In this document: positions 13,415-27,200 of the stretch, one piece after another
How positions within the stretch are numbered: position 1 is the first letter of the stretch
How the letters are laid out: each line of letters opens with the position of its first letter
Source of the DNA: the human T2T-CHM13v2.0 reference genome, Homo sapiens
NCBI GenBank assembly: GCA_009914755.4
Contig: CP086569.2
Location: 21,152,001 to 21,216,000, forward strand
Direction: 5' to 3'
Length of the DNA: 64,000 nt
Notes under the pieces: generated by a model
Databases searched by the model: none
Told to the model about the DNA's origin: nothing
The model's input: only the letters and a program-made list of their open reading frames with translations
Made by a program: the position numbers and the translations under genes

Positions 13415-14915
13415 AGAGTTTGTTCCTTCAGATGTGTCCAGAGTTTCTTCCTTCTAGCAGGTTTATTGTCTTGCTCATTTCAAGAATTACGCTGCAGACC
13501 TTAGTGGTGAGTGTTTCAGCACTTAAAGGTGTTATGTCCAGAGTTTGTTCCTTCAGATGTGTCCTGAGTTTCTTCCTTCTGGCAGGTTCATGGTGTTGCT
13601 CACTTCAACAATGAAGCTGCAGACCTTAGTATTGAGTGTTACAGCACTTAAAAGTGTTATGTCCAGAGTTTCTTCCTTGAGATGTGTCCAGAGTTTCTTC
13701 CTTCTTGCAGGTTCGTGGTCTTGCTCAGTTCCTTAATGAAGCTGCAGACCTTACTGGTGAGTGTTACAGCACTTAAAGGTGTTATGTCCAGAGTTTGTTC
13801 CTTCAGATGTGTCCAGTGTTTCTTCCTTCTGACAGGTTCATGGTGTTGCTCACTTCAAGAATGAAGCTGCCGACCTTACTGGTGAGTGTCACAGCACTTA
13901 AAGGTATTATGTGCAGAGTTTGTTCCTTCAGAATTGTCCAGTGTTTCTTCCTTCTGGCAGGTTCATGGTCTTGCTCACTTCAAGAATGAAGCTGCAGACC
14001 TTACTGGTGAGTGTTACAGCACTTAAAGCTGTTATGTCCAGAGTTTGATCCTTCAGATGTTTCCAGAGTTTCTTCCTTCTGGCAGGTTCATGGTGTTGCT
14101 CACTTCAACAATGAAGCTGCAGACCTTAGTGTTGAGTGTTACAGCACTTAAAGGTGTTATGTTCAGAGTTTGTTCCTTCAGATGTGTCCAGAGTTTCTTC
14201 CTTCTAGCAGGTTTATTGTCTTGCTCATTTCAAGAATTACGCTGCAGACCTTAGTGGTGAGTGTTTCAGCACTTAAAGGTGTTATGTCCAGAGTTTGTTC
14301 CTTCAGATGTGTCCTGAGTTTCTTCCTTCTGGCAGGTTCATGGTGTTGCTCACTTCAACAATGAAGCTGCAGACCTTAGTATTGAGTGTTACAGCACTTA
14401 AAAGTGTTATGTCCAGAGTTTCTTCCTTGAGATGTGTCCAGAGTTTCTTCCTTCTTGCAGGTTCGTGGTCTTGCTCAGTTCCTTAATGAAGCTGCAGACC
14501 TTACTGGTGAGTGTTACAGCACTTAAAGGTGTTATGTCCAGAGTTTGTTCCTTCAGATGTGTCCAGTGTTTCTTCCTTCTGACAGGTTCATGGTGTTGCT
14601 CACTTCAAGAATGAAGCTGCCGACCTTACTGGTGAGTGTCACAGCACTTAAAGGTATTATGTGCAGAGTTTGTTCCTTCAGAATTGTCCAGTGTTTCTTC
14701 CTTCTGGCAGGTTCATGGTCTTGCTCACTTCAAGAATGAAGCTGCAGACCTTACTGGTGAGTGTTACAGCACTTAAAGCTGTTATGTCCAGAGTTTGATC
14801 CTTCAGATGTTTCCAGAGTTTCTTCCTTCTGGCAGGTTCATGGTGTTGCTCACTTCAACAATGAAGCTGCAGACCTTAGTGTTGAGTGTTACAGCACTTA
14901 AAGGTGTTATGTTCA
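13415..14915 (+). repeat. Two tandem copies of a 750-bp (6-monomer) higher-order unit, essentially identical
   Basis: 13421-14164 matches 14171-14914 by eye. Both carry the rare variants 'gtttattgtcttgctcatttcaagaattacgctgcagacc' and 'gtgtttcagc'. ORFs 13420/13545/13682/13795 have the same peptides as 14170/14295/14432/14545. The match ends at 14920, where 'cttcttgcagggtcgtagtc' begins. Confidence 0.85.
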
Positions 14916-17900
14916 GAGTTTGTTCCTTCAGATGTGTCCAGAGTTTCTTCCTTCTTGCAGGGTCGTAGTCTTGCTCACTTCCTTAATGAAGCTGCAGACC
15001 TTACTGGTGAGTGTTACAGCACTTAAAGGTGTTATGTCCAGAGTTTCTTCCTTCAGATGTCTCCAGTGTTTCTTCCTTCTGGCAGGTTCATGGTGTTCCT
15101 CACTTCAAGAATGAAGCTGCAGACCTTACTGGTGAGTGTTACAGCACTCATAGGTGTTATGTGCAGAGTTTGTTCCTTCAGATGTGTCCAGAGTTTCTTC
15201 CTTCTTGCAGGTTGGTGGTCTTTCTCACTACCTTAATGAAGCTGCAGACCTTACTGGTGAATGTTACAGCACATAAAGGTGTTATGTCCAGAGTTTGTTC
15301 CTTCAGATGTGTCCTGAGTGTCTTCCTTCTGGCAGGTTCATGGTCTTGCTCACTTCACTAATGAAGCTGCAGACCTTACTGGTGAGTGTTACAGCCCTTA
15401 AAGGTGTTATGTCCAGAGATTGTTCCTTCAGATGTGTCCAGGGTTTCTGTCTTCTGGCAGGTACATGGTCTTGCTCACTTCAAGAATGAAGCTGCCGAAC
15501 TTAGTGGTGAGTGTTACAGCACTTAAAGGTGTTATATCCAGAGTTTGTTCCTTCAGATGTGTCCAGCGTTTCTTCTTTCTGGCAGGTTCATGCTCTTGCT
15601 CACTTCAAGAATGAAGCTGCAGACCTTACTGTTTAGTTCTAAAGCTCTTAAAGGTGTTATGTCCAGAGTTTGTTCCTTCAGATGTGTCCAGAGTTTCTTC
15701 CTTCTGGCAGGTTCATGGTCTTGCTCACATCAAGAATGAAGCTGCAGACCTTAGTGTTGAGTGTTACAGCACTTAAAGGTTTTATGTCCAGAGTTTGTTC
15801 CTTGACATGTGTCCAGAGTTTCTTCCTTATTGCAGGTTCGTGATCTTGCTCACTTCCTTAATGAAGCTGCAGACCTTACTGGTGAGTGTTACAGCACTTA
15901 AAGGTGTTATGTCCAGAGTTTGTTCCTTCAGATGTGTCCAGTGTTTCTTCCTTCTGGCAGGTTCATGGTCTTGCTCACTTCACGAATGAAGCTGCAGAGT
16001 TTTGTGGTGAGTGTTACAGCAGTTAAAGTTGTTATGTCCAGAATTTTTTCCTTCAGATGTGTCCAGTGTTTCTTCCTTCTGGCAGGTTCATGGTCTTGCT
16101 CACTTCAAGAATGAAGCTGCAAACCTTACTGGTGAGTGATACAGCACTTAAAGGTGTTATGCCCAGAGTTTGTTCCTTCAGATGTGTCCAGAGTGTCTTC
16201 CTTCAGGCAGGTTCATGGTCTTGCTCATTTCAAGAATTAAGTTGCAGACCTTAGTGGTGAGGGTTACAGCACTTAAAGGTGTTATGTTCAGAGTTTCTTC
16301 CTTCAGATGTGTCCAGAGTTTCTTCCTTCTGGCAGGTTCATGGTGTTGCTCACTTCAAGAATGAAGCAGCAGACCTTACTGGTGAGTGTTACAGCACTTA
16401 AAGCTGTTATGTCCAGAGTTTTTTCCTTCAGATGTTTCCAGAGTTTCTTCCTTCTGGCAGGTTCGTGGTCTTGCTCACTTCTTTAATGAAGCTGCAGACC
16501 TTACTGGTGAGTGTTACAGCACTTAAAGGTGTTATGTCCAGAGTTTGTTTCTTCAGATGTGTCCAGAGTTTCTTCTTTCTGGCAGTTTCGTGGTCTTCCT
16601 CACTTCAAGAATGAAGCTGCAGACCTTAATGGTGAGTGTTACACCACTTAAAGGTGTTATGTCCAGAGTTTGTTCCTTCAGATGTGTCCAGAGTGTCTTC
16701 CTTCTGGCAGGTTCATGGTCTTGCTCACTTCACTAATGAAGCTGCAGACCTTACTGGGGAGTGTTACAGCACTTAAAGTTGTTTTGTGCAGAGTTTGCTC
16801 CTTCAGATGTGTCCAGAGTTTCTTCCTTCTAGCAGGTTCATTGTCTTGCTCATTTCAAGAATTAAGCTACAGATCTTAGTGGTGAGTGTTACAGCACATA
16901 AAGGTGTTATGTCCAGAGTTTTTTCCTTCAGATGTGTCCAGTGTTTCTTCCTTCTGGCAGGTTCTTGGTCTTGCTCACTTCAAGAATGAAGCTGCAGACC
17001 TTACTGTTGAGTGTTAAAGCACTTAAAAGTGTTATCTCCAGAGTTTGTTCCTTCAGATCTTTCCAGAGTTTCTGCCTTCTGGCAGGTTCATGGTCTTGCT
17101 CATTTCAAGAATTGAGCTGCAGACCTTAGTGGTGAGGGTTACAGCACTTAAAGGTGTTATGTGCAGAGTTTGTTCCTTCAGATGTGTCCAGAGTTTCTTC
17201 CTTCGTGCAGGTTCGTGGTCTTTCTCACTTCCTTAATGAAGCTGCAGACCTTACTGATGAGTGTTACAGCAATAAAAGGTGTTATGTCCAGAGTTTGTTC
17301 CTTCAGATGTGTCCTGAGTGTCTTCCTTCTGGCAGGTTCATGGTCTTGCTCACTTCAAGAATGAAGCTGCAGACCTTATTGTTGAGTGTTAAAGCACTTA
17401 AAGGTGTTATCTCCAGAGTTTGTTCCTTCAGATGTGTCCAGAGTTTCTTCCTTCTGGCAGGTTCTTGGTGTTGCTCACTTCAACAATGAAGCTGCAGACC
17501 TTAGTGTTGAGTGTTACAGCACTTAAAGGTGTTATGTCCAGAGTTTGTTCCTCCAGATGTGTCCAGAGTTTCTTCCTTCTTTCAGGGTCGTAGTCTTGCT
17601 CACTTCCTTAATGAAGCTGCAGACCTTACTGGTGAGTGTTACAGCACTTAAAGGTGTTATGTCCAGAGTTTCTTCCTTCAGATGTGTCCAGTGTTTCTTC
17701 CTTCTGGCAGGTTCATGGTGCGGCTCACTTCAAGAATGAAGCTGCAGACCTTACTGGTGAGTGTTACAGCACTCAAAGGCGTTATGTGCAGAGTTTGTTC
17801 CTTCAGATGTGTCCAGAGTTTCTTCCTTCTTGCGGGTTGGTGGTCTTTCTCACTACCTTAATGAAGCTGCAGACCTTACTGGTGAATGTTACAGCACTTA

Positions 17901-19226
17901 AAGGAGTTATGTCCAGAGTTTGTTCCTTCAGATGTGTCCTGAGTGTCTTCCTTCTGGCAGGTTCATGGTCTTGCTCACTTCACTAATGAAGCTGCAGACC
18001 TTACTGGTGAGTGTTACAGCACTTAAAGGTGTTATGTCCAGAGTTTGTTCCTTCAGATGTGTCCAGGGTTTCTGTCTTCTGGCAGGTACATGGTCTTGCT
18101 CACTTCAAGAATGAAGCTGCCGAACTTAGTGGTGAATGTTACAGCACTTAAAGGTGTTATGTCCAGAGTTTTTTCCTTCAGATGTGTCCAGTGTTTCTTC
18201 CTTCTGGAAGGTTCATGGTCTTGCTCACTTCAGGAATGAAGCTGCAGAACTTACTGGTGTGTGATACAGCACTTAAAGGTGTTATGTCCAGAGTTTGTTC
18301 CTTCAGATGTGTCCAGAGTTTCTTCCTTCTGGCAGGTTCATGGTGTTGCTCACTTCAAGAATGAAGCAGCAGACCTTACTGGTGAGTGTTACAGCAGTTA
18401 AAGGTGTTATGACCAGAGTTTGTTCCTTCAGATGTTTCCAGAGTTTCTTCCTTCTGGCGGGTTCGTGGTCTTGCTCACTTCTTTAATGAAGCTGCAGACC
18501 TTACTGGTGAGTGTTACAGCACTTAAAGGTGTTATGTCCAGAGTTTGTTTCTTCAGATGAGTCCAGAGTTTCTTCCTTCTGGCAGTTTCGTGATCTTCCT
18601 CACTTCAAGAATGAAGCTGCAGACCTTACTGGTGAGTGTTACAACACTTAAAGGTGTTATGTCCAGAGTTTATTCCTTCAGATGTGTCCAGAGTGTCCTC
18701 CTTCTGGCAGGTTCATGGTCTTGCTCACTTCACTAATGAAGCTGCAGACCTTACTAGTGAGTGTTACAGCACTTAAAGGTGTTATGTCCAGAGTTTTTTC
18801 CTTCAGATGTGTCCAGGGTTTCTGTCTTCTGGCAGGTTCATGGTCTTGCTCACTTCAAGAATGAAGCTGCAGACCTTAGTGGTGAGTGTTACAGCACTTA
18901 AAGGTGTTATGTCCAGAGTTTATTCTTTCAGATGTGTCCAGCGTTTCTTCCTTCTGGCAGGTTCATGGTCTTGCTCACTTCAAGAATGAAGCTGCAGTCC
19001 TTACTGTTGAGTGTTAAAGCACTTAAAGGTGTTATCTCCAGAGTTTTTTCCTTCAGATGTGTCCAGAGTTTCTTCCTTCTGGCAGGTTCTTGGTGTTGCT
19101 CACTTCAACAATGAAGCTGCAGACCTTAGTGTTGAGTGTTACAGCAGTTAAAGGTGTTATGTCCAGAGTTTGTTCCTTCAGATGTGTCCAGAGTTTCTTC
19201 CTTCTTGCAGGGTCGTAGTCTTGCTC

Positions 19227-21273
19227 ACTTCCTTAATGAAGCTGCAGACCTTACTGGTGAGTGTTACAGCACTTAAAGGTGTTATGTCCAGAGTTTCTTC
19301 CTTCAGATGTGTCCAGTGTTTCTTCCTTCTGGCAGGTTCATGGTGTTCCTCACTTCAAGAATGAAGCTGCAGACCTTACTGGTGAGTGTTACAGCACTCA
19401 TAGGTGTTATGTGCAGAGTTTGTTCCTTCAGATGTGTCCAGAGTTTCTTCCTTCTTGCAGGTTGGTGGTCTTTCTCACTACCTTAATGAAGCTGCAGACC
19501 TTAATGGTGAATGTTACAGCACATAAAGGTGTTATGTCCAGAGTTTGTTCCTTCAGATGTGTCCTGAGTGTCTTCCTTCTGGCAGGTTCATGGTCTTGCT
19601 CACTTCACTAATGAAGCTGCAGACCTTACTGGTGAGTGTTACAGCCCTTAAAGGTGTTATGTCCAGAGATTGTTCCTTCAGATGTGTCCAGGGTTTCTGT
19701 CTTCTGGCAGGTACATGGTCTTTCTCACTTCAAGAATGAAGCTGCCGAACTTAGTGGTGAGTATTACAGCACTTAAAGGTGTTAGGTCCAGAGTTTTTTC
19801 TTCAGATGTGTCCAGCGTTTCTTCCTTCTGGCAGGTTCTTGGTCTTGCTCACTTCAAGTATGAAGCTGCAGACCTTACTGTTGAGTGTTAAAGCACTTAA
19901 AGGTGTTATGTCCAGAGTTTGTTCCTTCAGATGTGTCCAGACTTTCTTCCTTCTGGCAGGTTCATGCTGTTGCTCACTTCAAGAATGAAGCTGCAGACCT
20001 TAGTGTTGAGTGTTACAGCACTTAAAGGTGTTTTGTCCAGAGTTTGTTCCTTCAGATGTGTCCAGAGTTTCTTCCTTCTAGCAGGTTCATTGTCTGGCTC
20101 TTTTCAGGAATGAAGCTGCAGACCTTAGTGGTGAGTGTTACAACACTTAAAGGTGTTATGTCCAGAGTTTTTTCCTTCAGATGTGTCCAGAGTGTCTTCC
20201 TTCTGGCAGGTTCATGGTCTTGCTCACTTCACTAATGAAGCTGCAGACCTTACTGGTGAGTGTTACAGCACTTAAAGGTGTTATGTCCAGAGTTTCTTCC
20301 TTCAGATGTGTCCAGTGTTTCTTCCTTCTGGCAGGTTCATGGTGTTCCTCACTTCAAGAATGAAGCTGCAGACCTTACTGGTGAGTGTTACAGCACTCAT
20401 AGGTGTTATGTGCAGAGTTTGTTCCTTCAGATGTGTCCAGAGTTTCTTCCTTCTTGCAGGTTGGTGGTCTTTCTCACTACCTTAATGAAGCTGCAGACCT
20501 TACTGGTGAATGTTACAGCACATAAAGGTGTTATGTCCAGAGTTTGTTCCTTCAGATGTGTCCTGAGTGTCTTCCTTCTGGCAGGTTCATGGTCTTGCTC
20601 ACTTCACTAATGAAGCTGCAGACCTTACTGGTGAGTGTTACAGCCCTTAAAGGTGTTATGTCCAGAGATTGTTCCTTCAGATGTGTCCAGGGTTTCTGTC
20701 TTCTGGCAGGTACATGGTCTTTCTCACTTCAAGAATGAAGCTGCCGAACTTAGTGGTGAGTATTACAGCACTTAAAGGTGTTAGGTCCAGAGTTTTTTCT
20801 TCAGATGTGTCCAGCGTTTCTTCCTTCTGGCAGGTTCTTGGTCTTGCTCACTTCAAGTATGAAGCTGCAGACCTTACTGTTGAGTGTTAAAGCACTTAAA
20901 GGTGTTATGTCCAGAGTTTGTTCCTTCAGATGTGTCCAGACTTTCTTCCTTCTGGCAGGTTCATGCTGCTGCTCACTTCAAGAATGAAGCTGCAGACCTT
21001 AGTGTTGAGTGTTACAGCACTTAAAGGTGTTTTGTCCAGAGTTTGTTCCTTCAGATGTGTCCAGAGTTTCTTCCTTCTAGCAGGTTCATTGTCTGGCTCT
21101 TTTCAGGAATGAAGCTGCAGACCTTAGTGGTGAGTGTTACAACACTTAAAGGTGTTATGTCCAGAGTTTTTTCCTTCAGATGTGTCCAGAGTGTCTTCCT
21201 TCTGGCAGGTTCATGGTCTTGCTCACTTCCCTAATGAAGCTGCAGACCTTACTGGTGAGTGTTACAGCACTTA
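19227..21273 (+). repeat. About 2.05 tandem copies of a 999-bp (8-monomer) higher-order unit; one monomer is 124 bp
   Basis: ORFs 19261, 19545, 19670, 19779, 19919, 20044 match ORFs 20260, 20544, 20669, 20778, 20918, 21043 at offset 999. The shared 1-bp deletion 'agagttttttcttcag' sits near 19800 and 20799. Confidence 0.8.
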
Positions 21274-24200
21274 AAGGTGTTATATCCAGAGTTTGTTCCT
21301 TCAGATGTGTCCAGAGTTTCTGTCTTCTGGCAGGTTCATGGTCTTGCTCACTTCAAGAATGAAGCTGCAGACCTTAGTGGTGAGTGTTACAGCACTTAAG
21401 GGTGTTATGTCCAGAGTTTTTTCCTTCAGATGTGTCCAGCGTTTCTTCCTTCTGGCAGGTTCATGGTGTTGCTCACTTCAAGAATGATGCTGCAGACTTT
21501 ACTGTTGAGTGTTAAGGCACTTAAACGTGTTATTTCCAGAGTTTGTTCCTTCAGACATGTCCAGAGTTTCTTCCTTCTGGCAGGTTCATGCTGTTGCTCA
21601 CGTCCAGAATGAAGCTGCAGACCTTAGTGTTGAGTGTTACAGCACTTAAAGGTTTTATATCCAGAGTTTGTTCCTTGAGATGTATCCAGAGTTTCTTCCT
21701 TCTTGCAGGTTCGTGATCTTGTTCACTTCCTTAATGAAGCTGCAGACCTTACTGGTGAGTGTTACAGCACTTAAAGGTGTTATGTCCAGAGTTTGTTCCT
21801 TCAGATGTGTCCAGTGTTTCTTCCTTCTGGCAGGTTCATGGTCTTGCTCACTTCAAGAATGAAGCTGCAGAGTTTTGTGGTGAGTGTTACAGCAGTTAAA
21901 GTTGTTATGTCCAGAATTTGTTCCTTCAGATGTGTCCAGTGTTTCTTCCTTCTGGCAGGTTCATGGTCTTGCTCACTTCAAGAATGAAGCTGCAAACCTT
22001 ACTGGTGAGTGATACAGCACTTAAAGGTGTTATGCCCAGAGTTTGTTCCTTCAGATGTGTCCAGAGTGTCTTCCTTCAGGCAGGTTCATGGTCTTGCTCA
22101 TTTCAAGAATTAAGTTGCAGACCTTAGTGGTGAGGGTTACAGCACTTAAAGGTGTTATGTTCAGAGTTTGTTCCTTCAGATGTGTCCAGAGTTTCTTCCT
22201 TCTGGCCGTTTCGTGGTCTTCCTCACTTCAGCAATGAAGCTGCAGACCTTAGTTGTGAGTGTTACAGCACTTAAAGGTGTTATGTCCAGAGTTTGTTCCT
22301 TCAGATGTGTCCAGAGTTTCTTCCTTCTGGCAGGTTCATGTTGTTGCTCACTTCAAGAATGAAGCTGCAGACCTTAGTGTTGAGTGTTACAGCACTTAAT
22401 GGTGTTTTGTCCAGAGTTTGTTCCTTCAGATGTGTCCAGAATTTCTTCTTTCTAGTAGGTTCATTGTCTTGCTCATTTCAAGAATGAAGCTGCAGACCTT
22501 AGTGGTGGGTGTTACAACACTTAAAGGTGTTATGTCCAGAGTTTTTTCCTTCAGATGTGTCCAGAGTGTCTTCCTTCTGGCAGGTTCATGGTCTTGTTCA
22601 CTTGAAGAATGAAGCTGCAAACCTCACTCTTTAGTGCTAAAGCACTTAAAGGTGTTATGTCCAGAGTTTGTTCCTTCAGATGTGTCCAGAGTTTCTTCCT
22701 TCTGGCAGGTTCATGGTGTTGCTCACATCAAGAATGAAGCTGCAGACCTTAGTGTTGAGTGTTACAGCACTTAAAGGTGTTATGTCCAGAGTTTGTTCCT
22801 TGAGATGTGTCCAGAGTTTCTCCATTCTTGCAGGTTCGTGGTCTTGCTCACTTCCTTAATGAAGCTGCAGACCTTACTGGTGAGTGTTACGGCACTTAAA
22901 GGTGTTATGTCCTGAGTTTGTTCCTTCAGATGTGTCCAGAGTGTCTTCCTTCTGGCAGGTTCATGGTCTTGCTCACTTCACTAATGAAGCTGCAGACCTT
23001 ACTGGGGAGTGTTACAGCACTTCAAGGTGTTTTGTCCAGAGTTTGTTCCTTGAGATGTGTCCAGAGTTTTTTCTTTCTAGCAGGTTCATTGTCTTGCTCA
23101 TTTCAAGAATTAAGCTGCAGACCTTACTGGTGAGTTTTACAGCACTTAAAACTGTTATGTCCAGAGTTTGTTCCTTCAGATGTTTCCAGAGTTTCTTCCT
23201 TCTGGCAGGTTCGTGGTCTTGCTCACTTCCTTAATAAAGCTGCAGACCTTCATGGTGAGTGTTACAGCACTTAAAGGTGTTATGTCCAGCGTTTGTTCCT
23301 TCAGATGTGTCCAGCGTTTCTACCTTCTGGCAGGTTCATGGTCTTGCTCACTTCAAGAATGAAGCTGCAGACCTTACTGTTTAGTGTTAAAGCACTTAAA
23401 GGTGTTATGTCCAGAGTTTGTTCCTTCAGATGTGTCCAGAGTTTCTTCCTTCTGGCAGGTTCATGGTGTTGCTCACTTCAAGAATGAAGCTGCAGACCTT
23501 AGTGTTGAGTGTTACAGCACTTAAAGGTGTTATGTCCAGTGTTTGTTCCTTCAGATGTGTCCAGAGTTTCTTCCTTCTTGCAGGTTCGTGGTCTTGCTAA
23601 CTTCCTTAATGAAGCTGCAGACCTTACTGGTGAGTGTTACAGCACTTAAAGGTGTTATTTCCAGAGTTTCTTCCTTCAGATGTGTCCAGTGTTTCTTCCT
23701 TCTGGCAGGTTCATGGTCTTGCTCATTTCAAGAATGAAGCTGCAGACTTTTGTGGTGAGTGTTACACCAGATAAAATTGTTATATCCACAATTTGTTCCT
23801 TCAGATGTGTCCAGTGTTTCTTCCTTCTGGCAGGTTCATGGTCTTGCTCACTTCAAGAATGAAGCTGCAGACCTTACTGGTGAGTGTTACAGTACTTAAA
23901 GCTGTTATGTCCAGAGTTTGATCCTTCAGATGTTTCCAGAGATTCTTCCTTCTGGCTAGTTCGTGGTCTTGCTCACTTCTTTAATGAAGCTGCAGACCTT
24001 ACTGGTGAGTGTTACAGCATTTAAAGGTATTATGTCCAGAGTTTGTTTCTTCAGATGTGTCCAGAGTTTCTTCCTTCTGGCAGTTTCGTGGTCTTTCTCA
24101 CTTCAAGATTGAAGCTGCAGACCTTAGTGTTGAGTGTTACAGCCCTTAAAGCTGTTATCTCCAGAGTTTGTTCCTTCAGATGTGTCCAGAGTTTCTTCCT

Positions 24201-27200
24201 TTTGGCAGGTTCATGGTCTTGCTCACTTCACTAATGAAGCTGCAGACATTACTGGGGAGTGTTACAGCACTTAAAGGTGTTTTGTCCAGAGTTTCTTCCT
24301 TCAGATGTGTCCAGAGTTTCTTCCTTCTAGCAGGTTCATTGTCTTGCTCATTTCAAGAATTAAGCTGCAGACCTTAGTGGTGACTGTTACAGCACTTATA
24401 GGTGTTAGGTCCAGAGTTTGTTCCTTCAGGTGTATCCAGAGTTTCTTCCTTCTGGCAGATTCATGGTGTTGCTCACTTCAAGAATGAAGCTGCAGACCTT
24501 ACTGGTGAGTGTTACAGCACTTAAAGCTGTTATGTCCAGAGTTTGTTCCTTCAGATGTTTCCAGAGTTTCTTCCTTCTGGCAGGTTCATGGTCTTGCTCA
24601 CTTCTTTAATGAAGCTGCAGACCTTACTGGTGAGTATTACAGCACTTAAAGGTGTTATGTCCAGAGTTTGTTCCATCAGATGTGTCCAGAGTGTCTTCCT
24701 TCTGGCAGGTACATGGTCTTGCTCACTTCAAGAATGAAGCTGCAGACCTTACTGGTGAGTGTCACAGCACTTAAAGGTGTTATGTCCAGAGTTTTTTCCT
24801 TCAGATGTGTCCAGGGTTTCTGTCTTCTGGCAGGTTCATGGTCTTCCTCACTTCAAGAATGAAGCTGCCGACCTTTGTGGTGAGTGTTACAGCACTTGAA
24901 GGTGTTATGTCCAGAGTTCTTTCCTTCAGATGTGTCCAGCATTTCTTCCTTCTGGCAGGTTCATGGTCTTCCTCACTTCAAGAATGAAGCTGCAGACCTT
25001 ACTGGTGAGTGTTACAGCAATTAAAGTTGTTATGTCCAGAGCTTTTTCCTTCAGATGCGTCCAGAGTTTCTTCCTTCTGGCAGGTTCATGGTCTTGGTCA
25101 CTTCAAGAATGAAGGTGCAGACCTTAGTGGTGAGTGTTACAGCACTTAAAGGTGTTATGTCCAGACTTTGTTCCTTCAGATATGTCCAGAGTTTCTACCT
25201 TCTGGCAGGTTCATGGTCTTGCTCACATCAAGAATGAAGCTGCATACCTTACTGTTTAGTGTTAAAGCACTTAAAGGTGTTATGTCCAGAGTTTGTTCCG
25301 TCAGATGTGTCCAGAGTTTCTTCCTTCTGGCAGGTTCATGGTGTTGCTCACTTCAAGAATGAAGCTGCAGACCTTAGTGTTGAGTGCTACAGCACTTAAA
25401 GGTGTTATGTCCAGTGTTTGTTCCTTCAGATGTGTCCAGAGTTTCTTCCTTCTTGCAGGTTCGTGGTCTTGCTCACTTCCTTAATGAAGCTGCATATCTT
25501 ATTGGTGAGTGTTACAGCACTTAAAGGTGTTATTTCCAGAGTTTCTTCCTTCAGATGTGTCCAGTGTTTCTTCCTTCTGGCAGGTTCATGGTCTTGCTCA
25601 TTTCAAGAATGAAGCTGCAGACTTTTGTGCTGAGTGTTACACCAGTTAAAGTGGTTATGTCCACAATTTGTTCCTTCAGATATGTCCAGTGTTTCTTCCT
25701 TCTGGCAGGTTCATGGTCTTGCTCACTTCAAGAATGAAGCTGCAGACCTTACTGGGGAGTGTTACAGCACTTAAAGGTGTTTTGTCCAGAGTTTGTTCCT
25801 TGAGATGTGTCCAGAATTTCTTCCTTCTAGCAGGTTCATTGTCTTGCTCATTTCAAGAATTAAGCTGCAGACCTTAGTGGTGAGTGTTACAGCACTTAAA
25901 GGTGTTATGTCCAGAGTTTGTTCCTTTAGATGTGTCCAGAGTTTCTTCCTTCTGGCAGATTCATGGTGTTGCTCACTTCAAGAATGAAGCAGCAGACCTT
26001 ACTGGTGAGTGTTACAGCACTTAAAACTGTTATGTCCAGAGTTTGTTCCTTCAGATGTTTCCAGAGTTTCTTCCTTCTGGCAGGTTCGTGGTCTTGCTCA
26101 CTTCTTTAATGAAGCTGCAGACCTTACTGATGAGTGTTACAGCACTTAAAGGTGTTATGTCCAGAGTTTGTTCCTTCAGATGTGTCCAGTGTTTCTTCCT
26201 TCTGGCAGGTTCATGGTGTTGCTCACTTCAAGAATGAAGGTGCAGACTTTACTGGTGAGTGCTACAGCACTTAAAGGTGTTATGTGCAGAGTTTTTTCCT
26301 TCAGATATGTCCAGAGTTTCTTCCTTCTTGCAGGTTCGTGGTCTTGCTCACTTCCTTAATGAAGCTGCAGACCTTCAAGGTGAGTGTTACAGCACTTAAA
26401 GGTGTTATGTCCAGAGTTTGTTCCTTCAGATGTGTCCAGCGTTTCTTCCTTCTGGCAGGTTCAAGGTCTTGCTCACTTCAAGAATGACGCTGCAGACCTT
26501 AGTGTTGAGTGTTACAGAACTTAAAGGTGTTATGTCCAGTGTTTGTTCCTTCAGATGTGTCCAGAGTTTCTTCCTTCTTGCAGGTTCGTGGTCTTGCTCA
26601 CTTCCTTAATGAAGCTGCAGAACTTACTGGTGAGTGATACAGCACTTAAAGGTGTTATGTCCAGAGTTTCTTCCTTCAGATGTTTCCAGTGTTTCTTCCT
26701 TCTGGCAGGTTCATGGTCTTGCTCACTTCAAGAATGAAGCTGCAGACTTTTGTGGTGAGTGTTACAGCAGTTAAAGTTGTTATGTCCAGAATTTGTTCCT
26801 TCAGATGTGTCCAGTGTATCTTCCTTCTGGCAGGTTCATGGTCTTGCTCACTTCAAGAATGAATCTGCAGACCTTACTGGTGAGTGTTACAGCACTTAAA
26901 GGTGATATGTCCTGAGTTTGTTCCTTCAGATGTGTCCAGAGTTTCTTCCTTCTGGCAGGTTCATGGTCTTGCTCACTTCACTAATGAAGCTGCAGACCTT
27001 ACTAGGGAGTGTTACAGCACTTAAAGGTGTTTTGTCCAGAGTTTGTTCCTTGAGATGTGTCCAGAGTTTCTTCCTTCTAGCAGGTTCATTGTCTTGCTCA
27101 TTTCAAGAATTAAGCTGCAGACCTTGGTGGTGAGTGTTACAGCACTTAAAGGTGTTATGTCCAGAGTTTGTTCCTTTAGATGTGTCAAGAGTTTCTTCCT

